64,000 nucleotides of DNA from Microbacteriaceae bacterium UBA1487 (GTDB taxonomy: Bacteria; Actinomycetota; Actinomycetes; Actinomycetales; Microbacteriaceae): contig DCRR01000001.1 in assembly GCA_002325245.1 (NCBI GenBank), positions 8,312 to 72,311 on the forward strand. The letters run 5' to 3'. Position numbers and translations under genes: made by a program. The notes beneath the pieces were generated by a model. The model was not told where the DNA came from, did no database searches, and saw nothing but the letters and a program-made list of their open reading frames with translations. Positions 15,973-23,895 of the stretch are shown in pieces (the stretch's first letter is position 1; each line of letters opens with the position of its first letter).

Positions 15973-17408
15973 AGAGAATGAGTTCGAAACGCCCCAACAT
16001 CGTCGTCGTCCTCACCGATGACCACGCATCGCATGCGATCTCCGCGTACGGCTCGGTCGTCAACCAGACGCCGCGCATCGATGAGATCGCCGAGAACGGC
16101 GTGCGATTCGAGAACTGCTTTGCGACGAATGCGCTGTGCTCGCCGAGCCGTGCGAGCATTCTGACGGGCACCTACAGCCACATCAACGGGGTCTCGACGC
16201 TCGTGACGCCGCTCGACGCCAGCCAGCCGACCTTCATCTCGCAGCTCAAGGCGGCCGGGTACCGCACCGCCATGGTCGGCAAGTGGCACATGGGCGACGG
16301 TGAGGGGCACAACCCCGAAGGCTTCGACTACTGGGATGTTCTCATCGAGCAGGGCGAGTACCACAACCCGAATCTCCTCAACGAAGACGGGCTGCGCAGC
16401 GTCCCCGGCTACGCGACGGACATCATCACCGACCTCTCGATGGAGTGGGTCGAGAGCCTCGGCGGCGACGAGCCGTGGTGTGTTCTGATCTGGCACAAGG
16501 CGCCCCACCGGCCGTGGGAGCCGGACGAGAAGCACCGCGACATGTACACCGACCCGATCCCCGTCCCGGCGACGTTCCACGACGACTACGCGACGCGCAC
16601 GGCGTCGGCGCGTCGCGCGGCGATGCGGATCGCCGAGCACTTGAACATGGACGACCTCAAGGTTCCGCCGCCCGCGGGGCTGAGCTACGAGGAGGAGGCG
16701 CTCTGGAAGTACCAGCGCTACATGGAGGACTACCTCCGTTGTGTCGCGAGCGTCGACGACAATGTGGGCCGCGTCACCGACTGGCTGCGCGAGCGCGGCG
16801 AGTTCGACGACACCCTGCTGATGTACTGCTCAGACCAGGGGTTCTTCCTCGGCGATCACGGCTGGTTCGACAAGCGCTTCATGTACGAGGAGTCGCTGCG
16901 CATGCCGCTGGTGTTGTCGTACCCTCGCGCGGTGCCCGCCGGGCAGGTGCATGACGGCATCGTCACCAACGTCGACTTCGCCCGCACGATCCTCGAGTTC
17001 GCCGGCGTCGAGACGCATGAGCGGATGCAGGGCCGCAGCTTCGCCGGCGACATCGCCACCGAGATCGAGGCGCTGCCCGCGGCGGAGGGCATGTACTACC
17101 GCTACTGGGAGCACGACGACATCTTCCACAACGCGCCCGCGCACTACGGCTACCGCAGCGACCGGTACAAGATCATCTACTACTACAACGACGGTCTAGG
17201 CATTCCGGGAACCGGTCCGTTCACGTATCCGGCGGAATGGGAGCTGTTCGACCTGCAGGAGGATCCCGACGAGCTGAACAATGTGTTCCACGATCCGGCC
17301 TACGTCTCGATCCGCGAGGACATGATCGCCCGTCTGGCGGCGGCCCAGCGCGAACTCGGCGACACGCCGCACCCCAGTCAGGAATTGGGCTCCGGCACCC
17401 GCCCGTGA
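15969..17408 (+). CDS. Cys-type (formylglycine-dependent) sulfatase, cytoplasmic
   Basis: PNIVVVLTDDH plus the sulfatase signature CSPSRASILTG, and later GKWHMG and SDQGFFLGDHGW. No signal peptide. GTGA overlap with the upstream stop (alternative ATG 15978). Confidence 0.92.
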   Translation: MKRMSSKRPNIVVVLTDDHASHAISAYGSVVNQTPRIDEIAENGVRFENCFATNALCSPSRASILTGTYSHINGVSTLVTPLDASQPTFISQLKAAGYRTAMVGKWHMGDGEGHNPEGFDYWDVLIEQGEYHNPNLLNEDGLRSVPGYATDIITDLSMEWVESLGGDEPWCVLIWHKAPHRPWEPDEKHRDMYTDPIPVPATFHDDYATRTASARRAAMRIAEHLNMDDLKVPPPAGLSYEEEALWKYQRYMEDYLRCVASVDDNVGRVTDWLRERGEFDDTLLMYCSDQGFFLGDHGWFDKRFMYEESLRMPLVLSYPRAVPAGQVHDGIVTNVDFARTILEFAGVETHERMQGRSFAGDIATEIEALPAAEGMYYRYWEHDDIFHNAPAHYGYRSDRYKIIYYYNDGLGIPGTGPFTYPAEWELFDLQEDPDELNNVFHDPAYVSIREDMIARLAAAQRELGDTPHPSQELGSGTRP

Positions 17409-18166
17409 CCGATGCCGCGTGGCTCGTGCCGACGCTCGCGGCGGTCGCCGTGTTCGTCGGTGCGGCGCTGCAGCAGCTCACCGGGGTGGGTTTCGCACTG
17501 GTCGTTGCGCCGTTCCTGGTGCTGCTGCTGGGCCCGGTTGAAGGCGTGCTGCTGGTCAACGCCGGCGGAGCGCTCACGTCGGCGGTGATTCTCGCGGGGA
17601 CTTTTCGCGAGGTCGATTGGCGGAGCTTTCTCTCGCTGGCGCCGCCGGCCCTTGTGGGCGTCGTCGTCGGCGCTCTGATCGTCGGGGTGATCCCCGCGGC
17701 GGGTCTCGACATCGGAGTGGGGGTGCTCGTTCTGCTCGCGATCGCGGTGCTCGCCGTCACGCCCGACCTCGCCTTCTCTGACCGTCGGCGGTACGCGGTG
17801 ATCGCGGGTTTCGCCAGTGGCGCGATGAACGCGACAGCGGGGCTCGCCGGCCCCGCGATCACCGTGTATGGACTGGGTCGCGGTTGGCGGCCTGGTGTCT
17901 TCCGGTCGACCGTTCAGGCGTTCTTCCTTGCGCTCGCGCTCGCGGCGATCGCCGCGAAGCTGCTCAGCGGTGTCGCTGTGCTCCCCAATCTCACGTTCGT
18001 GATGCTGCTGGGACTGGCGGCATCGTGCCTTGTGGGGCTCGCGACCGGGGTGGCGGTGTCGAAGCTCGTCAGCGCGCGATGGATCCGCGTACTCCTGCTC
18101 GTGCTCTCCGGCCTCGGGGGACTCGGCACGCTCCTGCGCGGAGCGCTGGAGTTGGCGAGCGCCTAG
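17405..18166 (+). CDS. TauE/SafE family sulfite/anion exporter
   Basis: 253-aa polytopic membrane protein with two repeats (GVGFALVVAPFLVLL... and GLAGPAITVYGL...). GTG 17405 overlaps the sulfatase stop (GTGA). Confidence 0.85.
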   Translation: MTDAAWLVPTLAAVAVFVGAALQQLTGVGFALVVAPFLVLLLGPVEGVLLVNAGGALTSAVILAGTFREVDWRSFLSLAPPALVGVVVGALIVGVIPAAGLDIGVGVLVLLAIAVLAVTPDLAFSDRRRYAVIAGFASGAMNATAGLAGPAITVYGLGRGWRPGVFRSTVQAFFLALALAAIAAKLLSGVAVLPNLTFVMLLGLAASCLVGLATGVAVSKLVSARWIRVLLLVLSGLGGLGTLLRGALELASA

Positions 18167-18202
18167 TCTGGATGGATCGAGAAGAAGGCGGGTTCTGCGC
18201 AG

Positions 18203-19114
18203 ATGACGGGCGGTGCGGCGGTTGACGCCGGTGACATGGTTCGGCTCGACGGCGGCACGTTTCGGATGGGCTCCGAGGCGTTCTACCCGGAGGAGGGGCC
18301 CGTGGTCGAGGTCACGGTGAAGCCCTTCGAGATCGATCGCTACGCGGTCACCAACCGGCAGTTCGCCGAGTTCGTCGACGAGACCGGGTATGTGACGGTC
18401 GCCGAGCGACCGCTCGACCCGGTCGAGTTCCCCGGAGCCGATCTGGCCAGCCTCGAACCGGGCTCGCTCGTCTTCACGCCGACCGAGGGCCCGGTCGACC
18501 TTCGCAACTGGCGGCAGTGGTGGCGCTGGGTTCCCGGGGCGTCGTGGCGGCATCCGCAGGGCCCCGACAGCACGATCGACGACCGGCTCGAGCATCCGGT
18601 GGTGCAGGTCGCCTACCCGGATGCCGCGAGCTACGCCGCCTGGGCGGGCAAGCGCCTGCCGACGGAGGCCGAGTGGGAGTTCGCCGCGCGCGGCGGTCTC
18701 GACGGGGCTACGTTCGCCTGGGGCGAGGAGGCGAACCAGCGCGAGGAGCCGTTCGCGAACACCTGGCAGGGGCGCTTCCCGTACCTCAACACGGGCGCGC
18801 GCGGCTGGGTTGGCACGGCGCCGGTGGGCTCGTTCCCGCCGAATGCCTTCGGACTCTACGAGATGACCGGCAACACCTGGGAGTGGACGGCGGATGCGTG
18901 GGAGGACACCCACACGACGCCGGTCACCTCGTGCGGCTGCAGCCCGAATGCCGCCGCGGTGAGCGACCGTCCCGATCCCCGCTCGCGTCGCGTCACCAAG
19001 GGCGGATCGCATCTCTGCGCCCCCGAGTACTGCCTGCGCTATCGTCCCGCTGCGCGCTCGGCGCAGACGGAGGACTCGTCCACGACGCACCTCGGGTTCC
19101 GCTGCGCGCGCTGA
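18203..19114 (+). CDS. formylglycine-generating enzyme (FGE/SUMF1 family)
   Basis: FRMGS...EGP...[15 protein letters not shown]...WRHPQGP...[15 protein letters not shown]...GNTWEWT...[20 protein letters not shown]. The catalytic Cys pair is present and there is no signal peptide. Confidence 0.92.
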   Translation: MTGGAAVDAGDMVRLDGGTFRMGSEAFYPEEGPVVEVTVKPFEIDRYAVTNRQFAEFVDETGYVTVAERPLDPVEFPGADLASLEPGSLVFTPTEGPVDLRNWRQWWRWVPGASWRHPQGPDSTIDDRLEHPVVQVAYPDAASYAAWAGKRLPTEAEWEFAARGGLDGATFAWGEEANQREEPFANTWQGRFPYLNTGARGWVGTAPVGSFPPNAFGLYEMTGNTWEWTADAWEDTHTTPVTSCGCSPNAAAVSDRPDPRSRRVTKGGSHLCAPEYCLRYRPAARSAQTEDSSTTHLGFRCAR

Positions 19115-19147
19115 ACCGCCATGACTCCCGTGCGGGAGACTTCGGCC

Positions 19148-19187
19148 GGTGCCCGCCGCCGTGGCCCTGATCCACGGGGCGGGCACC
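19148..19187 (+). terminator. long GC hairpin between convergent genes (FGE and anti-sigma)
   Basis: GGTGCCCGCCGCCGTGG-ccctgat-CCACGGGGCGGGCACC (about 16 bp stem with one bulge), followed by CCTTTGCTCT. Confidence 0.55.
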
Positions 19188-19238
19188 GCCTTTGCTCTGC
19201 GAAGACCGAGAACTGGGCTCGATTTCCGGCTAGATTCC

Positions 19239-19787
19239 TCACACCCCTGAGTCGGAATCCCATGCCGCGAGACCCAGGGTCCCGCAGAGTTCTTCGGGCG
19301 TCAGCCCTTCCCGGAGGGGAAAGACCAACGCGAGTCGTGTCGATTTGGCGCAGGCCACCAGCGCGGGCATCTCGCGGGTCGCGGTCGCCGTCGTGGTCGC
19401 GCTCGCGTGAGCCGAGCGGCTGAGCTCGCCCGACTCCCAGGGCTCAGCGCACAGTTCGATCGGCGACATCTCGGTGAGCCGGTCGGCGACGCCGATGAAC
19501 TGGGAGGCGCGGGTGTCGACGACCTGCACGGACCGTGACGAGAGATCGGGGGCTTCGTAGCACCACGCTGTCGTGGCGGCGTCAGAGTAGGCGTTGGCGA
19601 CGCCGATGGCCCCTGCGGTCAAGGCGACGGCCGCCGAGGCCGCGATGCCGACCGCGAGCAGGCGCCGGCGACGGCCGGGGAGCGGCAGGTCGACCATCAT
19701 GTGCTCCGCTCGCGCGGAGGCGAGCACGCGGGCGCGCACCGGGGCCAGCTGGCTCCGGATCTCGTTGTCGTTCGGGAGGCGGGTCAT
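19239..19787 (-). CDS. putative anti-sigma factor (single-pass membrane protein, no ZAS motif)
   Basis: Start overlaps the sigma stop (ATGA at 19784-19787), with GAGGAG SD 6 nt upstream. About 40-aa cytoplasmic N-terminus, TM helix LLAVGIAASAAVALTAGAIGV, and a 120-aa outer domain with 4 Cys. Function is inferred from position only. Confidence 0.55.
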   Translation of the reverse strand: MTRLPNDNEIRSQLAPVRARVLASARAEHMMVDLPLPGRRRRLLAVGIAASAAVALTAGAIGVANAYSDAATTAWCYEAPDLSSRSVQVVDTRASQFIGVADRLTEMSPIELCAEPWESGELSRSAHASATTTATATREMPALVACAKSTRLALVFPLREGLTPEELCGTLGLAAWDSDSGV

Positions 19788-20353
19788 GACACGCTCTCCT
19801 CGGCGGCGGCGGCGGCGGCGGCGCCGCGTTGGCGTCGCAGGCGCTCGCGACTGCGCTGCACGCGCTTGGTGACGCTGCTGACGCTGATCCCGAGTTCGTT
19901 CGCGGCTTCGCGGTAGGAGCGGCCCTCGTAGAGGCACAGCTCGACGACGCGCCGATCGGTGGCGCTCAGGTGGTTGATCGCCTCGAACACCCACTCGAGC
20001 TCTTCCACGTCGGCGAGATGCTCGCGGTCGAGCGACTCCGCCCCGCGGTTGGCAATGTGCTCATCGAGCGGGAGGCAGGCGTGCTTCGCCATGATGCGGC
20101 GCAGATTCTGGGCGTGGTACCGGCAGGTGACGAGGAGCCAGGGCAGCATCGAAGCGTCGATGAGTCGTATCTCGGACAGCTTCTTCCACGCCGTCACGAA
20201 CGTCTCCTGAACGAGTTCCTGAGCGCTCACCACGTCGTGGGTCTGTGCGTATGCGAATCGGTACACAGCGATGGAATGCCGGTCGAACAGTTCGCCGAAA
20301 GCCCGATCGTCGTGCGCGAGCGCGCGACGGATCAGGTCGACGTCGGGGTCCAC
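19784..20353 (-). CDS. ECF-type RNA polymerase sigma-70 family factor
   Basis: Region 2 (AFGELFDRHSIAVYRFAY...QETFVTAWKKL) and region 4 HTH (GRSYREAANELGISVSSVTKRVQRSRERL). GTG 20353 is preceded by GGAGG at 7 nt; the track ORF to 20431 is not needed. Confidence 0.85.
   Translation of the reverse strand: MDPDVDLIRRALAHDDRAFGELFDRHSIAVYRFAYAQTHDVVSAQELVQETFVTAWKKLSEIRLIDASMLPWLLVTCRYHAQNLRRIMAKHACLPLDEHIANRGAESLDREHLADVEELEWVFEAINHLSATDRRVVELCLYEGRSYREAANELGISVSSVTKRVQRSRERLRRQRGAAAAAAAEESVS
19801..19821. repeat. perfect (CGG)7 trinucleotide repeat
   Basis: cggcggcggcggcggcggcgg. It encodes the poly-Ala7 tail of the ECF sigma (minus strand) and sits immediately 5' of the anti-sigma SD. Confidence 0.95.
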
Positions 20354-20627
20354 GTCTTCACCTCCACTATGTAGTGTCCCGATCTCCGGAATCGTGACAC
20401 CTCGCGAATAGAAATCTCCGAGAAGTCTCACAGATTTCCTGATGGAACTTCATCAATTGCACAATTCGATTGACTAATTATGCCCTGTTTCACGGGAGGC
20501 CCCGGTCGCGGCGGAATTCGACCGCGCAGCGGCGGCATCGGTCGCGCAGGGCAGGCGTTCCGGCGCGCCAGCGGGCTCCGCGCCACGGACACAGTTGATC
20601 CATAGACTTCTGCGCTTGGCTGTCCTC

Positions 20628-21356
20628 ATGACACTTGCAGCACCCGCTCTGCGGCACCCCGATGGCTCCCCGGTTCGCGCCCTCGTCGTCGACGACGAGG
20701 CGAGCCTGGGCGACCTGATGCGCATGGCGCTGCGCGCCGAGGGGTGGGAGGCGCGCGCCGTCGAAGACGGCCACACCGCGCTGCGGGTCGCCCGCGAGTT
20801 CAATCCCGACGTCATCGTCCTCGACGTGATGATGCCCGGAATCGACGGGCTGCAGGTGCTGCAGCGGCTTCGAGCATCGGGAAACGACGCGCCCGTGCTG
20901 TTCCTCACCGCGAAGGACGGCGTCGACGATCGCATCGCGGGCCTCACCGCCGGAGGCGACGACTACGTGACGAAGCCGTTCAGTCTGGAAGAGGTCGTCG
21001 CCCGGCTGCGCGGCCTGGTGCGTCGCACGATGGTGGGCGCGACGGTCGACAACGGCCCCGAGATCCGCGTCGGCGACCTGGTGCTGAACGAGGAGAGCTA
21101 CGAGGTGCGTCGAGGTGACGTCTCGATCGATCTCACCGCGACCGAGTTCGAGCTGCTGCGCTTCCTGATGCGCAACCCGCGGCGTGTGCTCAGTCGCGAG
21201 CAGATCCTCGATCGAGTGTGGAGCTATGACTTCGGCGGCAAGTCGAGCGTCGTGGAGCTCTACATCTCGTACCTCCGCAAGAAGATCGATGTGCTCGGCG
21301 ATCCGATGATCCACACCGTGCGCTCGGTCGGCTACGTCCTGAAGCCGGCCTCGTGA
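20628..21356 (+). CDS. OmpR/PhoB-family response regulator
   Basis: Receiver domain (ALVVDDE...VIVLDVMMPGIDG...LFLTAKD...GGDDYVTKPF) plus winged-helix output (LTATEFELLRFLMRNPRRVLSREQILDRVW...VRSVGYVL). Confidence 0.9.
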   Translation: MTLAAPALRHPDGSPVRALVVDDEASLGDLMRMALRAEGWEARAVEDGHTALRVAREFNPDVIVLDVMMPGIDGLQVLQRLRASGNDAPVLFLTAKDGVDDRIAGLTAGGDDYVTKPFSLEEVVARLRGLVRRTMVGATVDNGPEIRVGDLVLNEESYEVRRGDVSIDLTATEFELLRFLMRNPRRVLSREQILDRVWSYDFGGKSSVVELYISYLRKKIDVLGDPMIHTVRSVGYVLKPAS

Positions 21357-22825
21357 CGTCACGTCGACCCTGGTCGCTCCGGCGACGGCTCATCGCCGGG
21401 ATCCTGGCGCTGATCGTGGCGCTCGGCGTCGCCATCGGCGGTGTCAGCACGGCTGTTCTCCAGAACAGCCTCATCGATCGTCTCGATCGCCAACTCGAGT
21501 CCTCAGTCGGGCGATCCGGCACCGCCCTGGGGCGACCGGGCGGAGTCGAGGATCGCGAGGATCCGCCCCCCGTCGGGGGCTTCGTGCTCGGCGAAGCGGC
21601 GGGCGCGATCGGCGTGCTTGTGATCGACGGCGTGCTCGTGCAGGCCGGGTATCTGACAGAGACCGGCGACGACCAGTCGCTCACCGAGGCGCAGAGCCTC
21701 GACCTGCTGTCGATCTCCGTCGACGGCGAGCCCTACACCGTGGACCTCGGCGGCGATCTCGGCCGCTACCGCGTCATCGCCGAGCCGTTGAACGCGACGA
21801 CCACCGTGATCGTCGGCCTCTCGCTCGACGACGTGGACGAGACCGTCACTCAGCTGGCGATCACGATCGCCTTCGTGACCGCGCTTGCGCTCGGCGCGGC
21901 CGCCGCCCTGGGGGCTGTCGTCGTGCGGATCGCGCTGCGCCCACTGGACCGCGTCGTCGCCACCGCGACCCGGGTCTCCGAACTTCCGCTCGACGAGGGC
22001 GAGGTGCAGCTCGCGGAGCGCGTGCCGGAGTCGGCCACGGCCCCGGGCACCGAGGTCGGCCGTGTGGGGTCCGCGCTCAACCGCCTGCTCGGCCGCGTCG
22101 AGACGGCGCTGACGGCGCGGCAGGAGAGCGAAGACAAGCTGCGTCGCTTCGTCGCGGATGCCTCCCACGAGCTGCGCACCCCGCTCGCCTCGATTCGCGG
22201 GTACTCCGAGTTCGTGCGGACGAAGGCGCCGGATCTGGATCCCGACTTCGCGCGGTCGCTCGAGCGCATCGACTCGGAGTCCCAGCGCATGACCTCGCTC
22301 GTCGAGGACATGCTGCTGCTGGCGCGGCTCGATGCCGGGCCGGAGCTGCACAGCAACCCGGTCGACCTCTCGCGCCTGCTCATCGATGCGGTCAGCGATG
22401 CGCACGCGGCGGGGCCAGAGCACCAGTGGGAGCTCGACCTGCCGGAGGAGCCGGTCACGATTCCCGGCGATGCGGGGCGGCTGCACCAGGTGGTGACCAA
22501 CCTGCTCGCGAACGCCCGCATCCACACGCCGGAGGGAACCCGGGTCACGGTTTCGGCCGACGCCGACGACGAATTCGCGCGCGTGCGCATTGCTGACGAC
22601 GGCCCCGGGATCCCGGAGGCGATTCTGCCGACCCTGTTCGAGCGCTTCGTGCGCGGGGACGACTCGCGTGCCCGCGCGCGCCAGACGACCGCGCCGGGCG
22701 GCTCCACGGGCCTCGGGCTCGCGATCGTTCGCGCGATCGTCGAGAGCCACGGCGGCAGCGTTCAGGTCACCAGTTCATCGGACGGCACCGAGTTCGTCGT
22801 CGAGCTGCCCCTCGCCTCCGCCTAG
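21353..22825 (+). CDS. sensor histidine kinase (HAMP + HisKA + HATPase_c)
   Basis: Two TM segments flank a sensor loop of about 130 aa. H-box FVADASHELRTPLASIRGY, N-box LLANARIHTP, G-boxes DDGPGI and GSTGLGLAIV. GTGA overlap with the regulator stop. Confidence 0.9.
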   Translation: MTSRRPWSLRRRLIAGILALIVALGVAIGGVSTAVLQNSLIDRLDRQLESSVGRSGTALGRPGGVEDREDPPPVGGFVLGEAAGAIGVLVIDGVLVQAGYLTETGDDQSLTEAQSLDLLSISVDGEPYTVDLGGDLGRYRVIAEPLNATTTVIVGLSLDDVDETVTQLAITIAFVTALALGAAAALGAVVVRIALRPLDRVVATATRVSELPLDEGEVQLAERVPESATAPGTEVGRVGSALNRLLGRVETALTARQESEDKLRRFVADASHELRTPLASIRGYSEFVRTKAPDLDPDFARSLERIDSESQRMTSLVEDMLLLARLDAGPELHSNPVDLSRLLIDAVSDAHAAGPEHQWELDLPEEPVTIPGDAGRLHQVVTNLLANARIHTPEGTRVTVSADADDEFARVRIADDGPGIPEAILPTLFERFVRGDDSRARARQTTAPGGSTGLGLAIVRAIVESHGGSVQVTSSSDGTEFVVELPLASA

Positions 22826-23868
22826 TCGCTGTCGGGCGAGGCGGCGGGCTTCCGTGCGCGCCGCGAGCGGGTCGCCGGCTTGGCGGGCGGCTCCGGCTCG
22901 GCGGCCGGCGCCTCGCGCTTGCGCACGCTGCGCTGGCTGCCCTCCACCTTCACCTCGGCGATCTCCTCGTGCGCGAGCACGAAGTCGGTGAAGGTCTTGA
23001 AGCCGAGCAGCTTCTCGTTGAACGACGGGTTCATCCGCTTGATCTGCGACTTCACGGCCGAGGGGTTCAGCCACTCGACGTCCTTGGCGTGGCCGAGCTC
23101 GAGCGCGCGGTCGAGCAGGCGGGCCGCGGCGGCGGCGCTCAGCTCGCGCGACTCGTTCTCGCCCTCGGAGTCACCGGTCGGCTTCTCCGCGTCGGGCTCG
23201 GCGGACTTCGTCTCGGGGCTCTCGCTCTCCGCGGCCGGCTCCGACTTGCTCGATGACTTTCCGCCGCGCCGGCGCGCCGGTGCGCTGGGGGCCGCCGGGG
23301 CCTTCTCGATGCCGGGAATCGCGTCATACATCTCGTACTCGTCGCACGCGGCGATGAGCGCCGGGCTGGTGCCGCCGGTGACGCCGATCCCGATCACGAA
23401 GCGGCCGAGGCGCTTGCATCGCTGCGCGAGGGCGATGTAGTCGGAGTCGCCCGCGACGATCACGACGTGGGTGAGGTCCGGAAGGCGGAACAGGTCTTCG
23501 AGCACATCGACCGAGAGGCGGATGTCTCCGCCATTCTTGCCGGCCTTGGTCGTCTGGAACATCTGGGTCAGATCCACCGCGCGATCGACGAGCTGGCTGC
23601 GGTAGCTCGCGTTGGCCGGAACGGACCAGTCGGCGTAGGCGCGGCTCAGCGCGACCGTGCCGAAGCTGGAGGCGTAGTCGAGAATCGCGCCGACGTCGAC
23701 CGTGGCGGTGGCGAGCTTCGCGCTCAGCTCGCCCTTCTCGCCGGGGCGCGCGTCGCGGGCGTTCTCGTTGCGCCAGGCCCCCTTGCCGTGGAGCTGGTCG
23801 AAACGCGAGATGACGATGTTGTCGAAGTCGATGTAGACGGCGACGCGTGGATCAGTGGGGGAGGCCAT
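22822..23868 (-). CDS. NYN (LabA/PIN-like RNase) domain protein with C-terminal OST-HTH/LOTUS domain
   Basis: NYN motifs VAVYIDFDN, GGDIRLSVD and VVIVAGDSDYIALAQRCKRLG. An acidic/Ser-Ala-Pro linker, then LOTUS-like VKSQIKRMNPSFNEKLLGFKTFTDFVLAH. Its stop overlaps the kinase stop through the palindrome CTAG. Confidence 0.85.
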   Translation of the reverse strand: MASPTDPRVAVYIDFDNIVISRFDQLHGKGAWRNENARDARPGEKGELSAKLATATVDVGAILDYASSFGTVALSRAYADWSVPANASYRSQLVDRAVDLTQMFQTTKAGKNGGDIRLSVDVLEDLFRLPDLTHVVIVAGDSDYIALAQRCKRLGRFVIGIGVTGGTSPALIAACDEYEMYDAIPGIEKAPAAPSAPARRRGGKSSSKSEPAAESESPETKSAEPDAEKPTGDSEGENESRELSAAAAARLLDRALELGHAKDVEWLNPSAVKSQIKRMNPSFNEKLLGFKTFTDFVLAHEEIAEVKVEGSQRSVRKREAPAAEPEPPAKPATRSRRARKPAASPDSD

Positions 23869-23895
23869 GGCCTCAGTCTTGCCGCTTCCGGGGCA

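Noticed and set aside
20444-20470. ECF-type promoter GGAAC-N18-CGAT on the plus strand that would put the two-component system under the divergent ECF sigma.
   Set aside because: The spacer is 1-2 nt longer than typical, the -10 is only a 3/4 match to CGTC/CGTT-type elements, and a single occurrence is not evidence. It is mentioned only as part of the AT-rich control region.
22822-22825. Convergent histidine-kinase and NYN genes sharing the palindrome CTAG as overlapping stop codons. The hydrolase and AMP-ligase genes similarly overlap by 14 nt at 44950-44963.
   Set aside because: Overlapping convergent 3' ends are common in compact high-GC genomes, and there is no evidence of functional antisense regulation from sequence alone.
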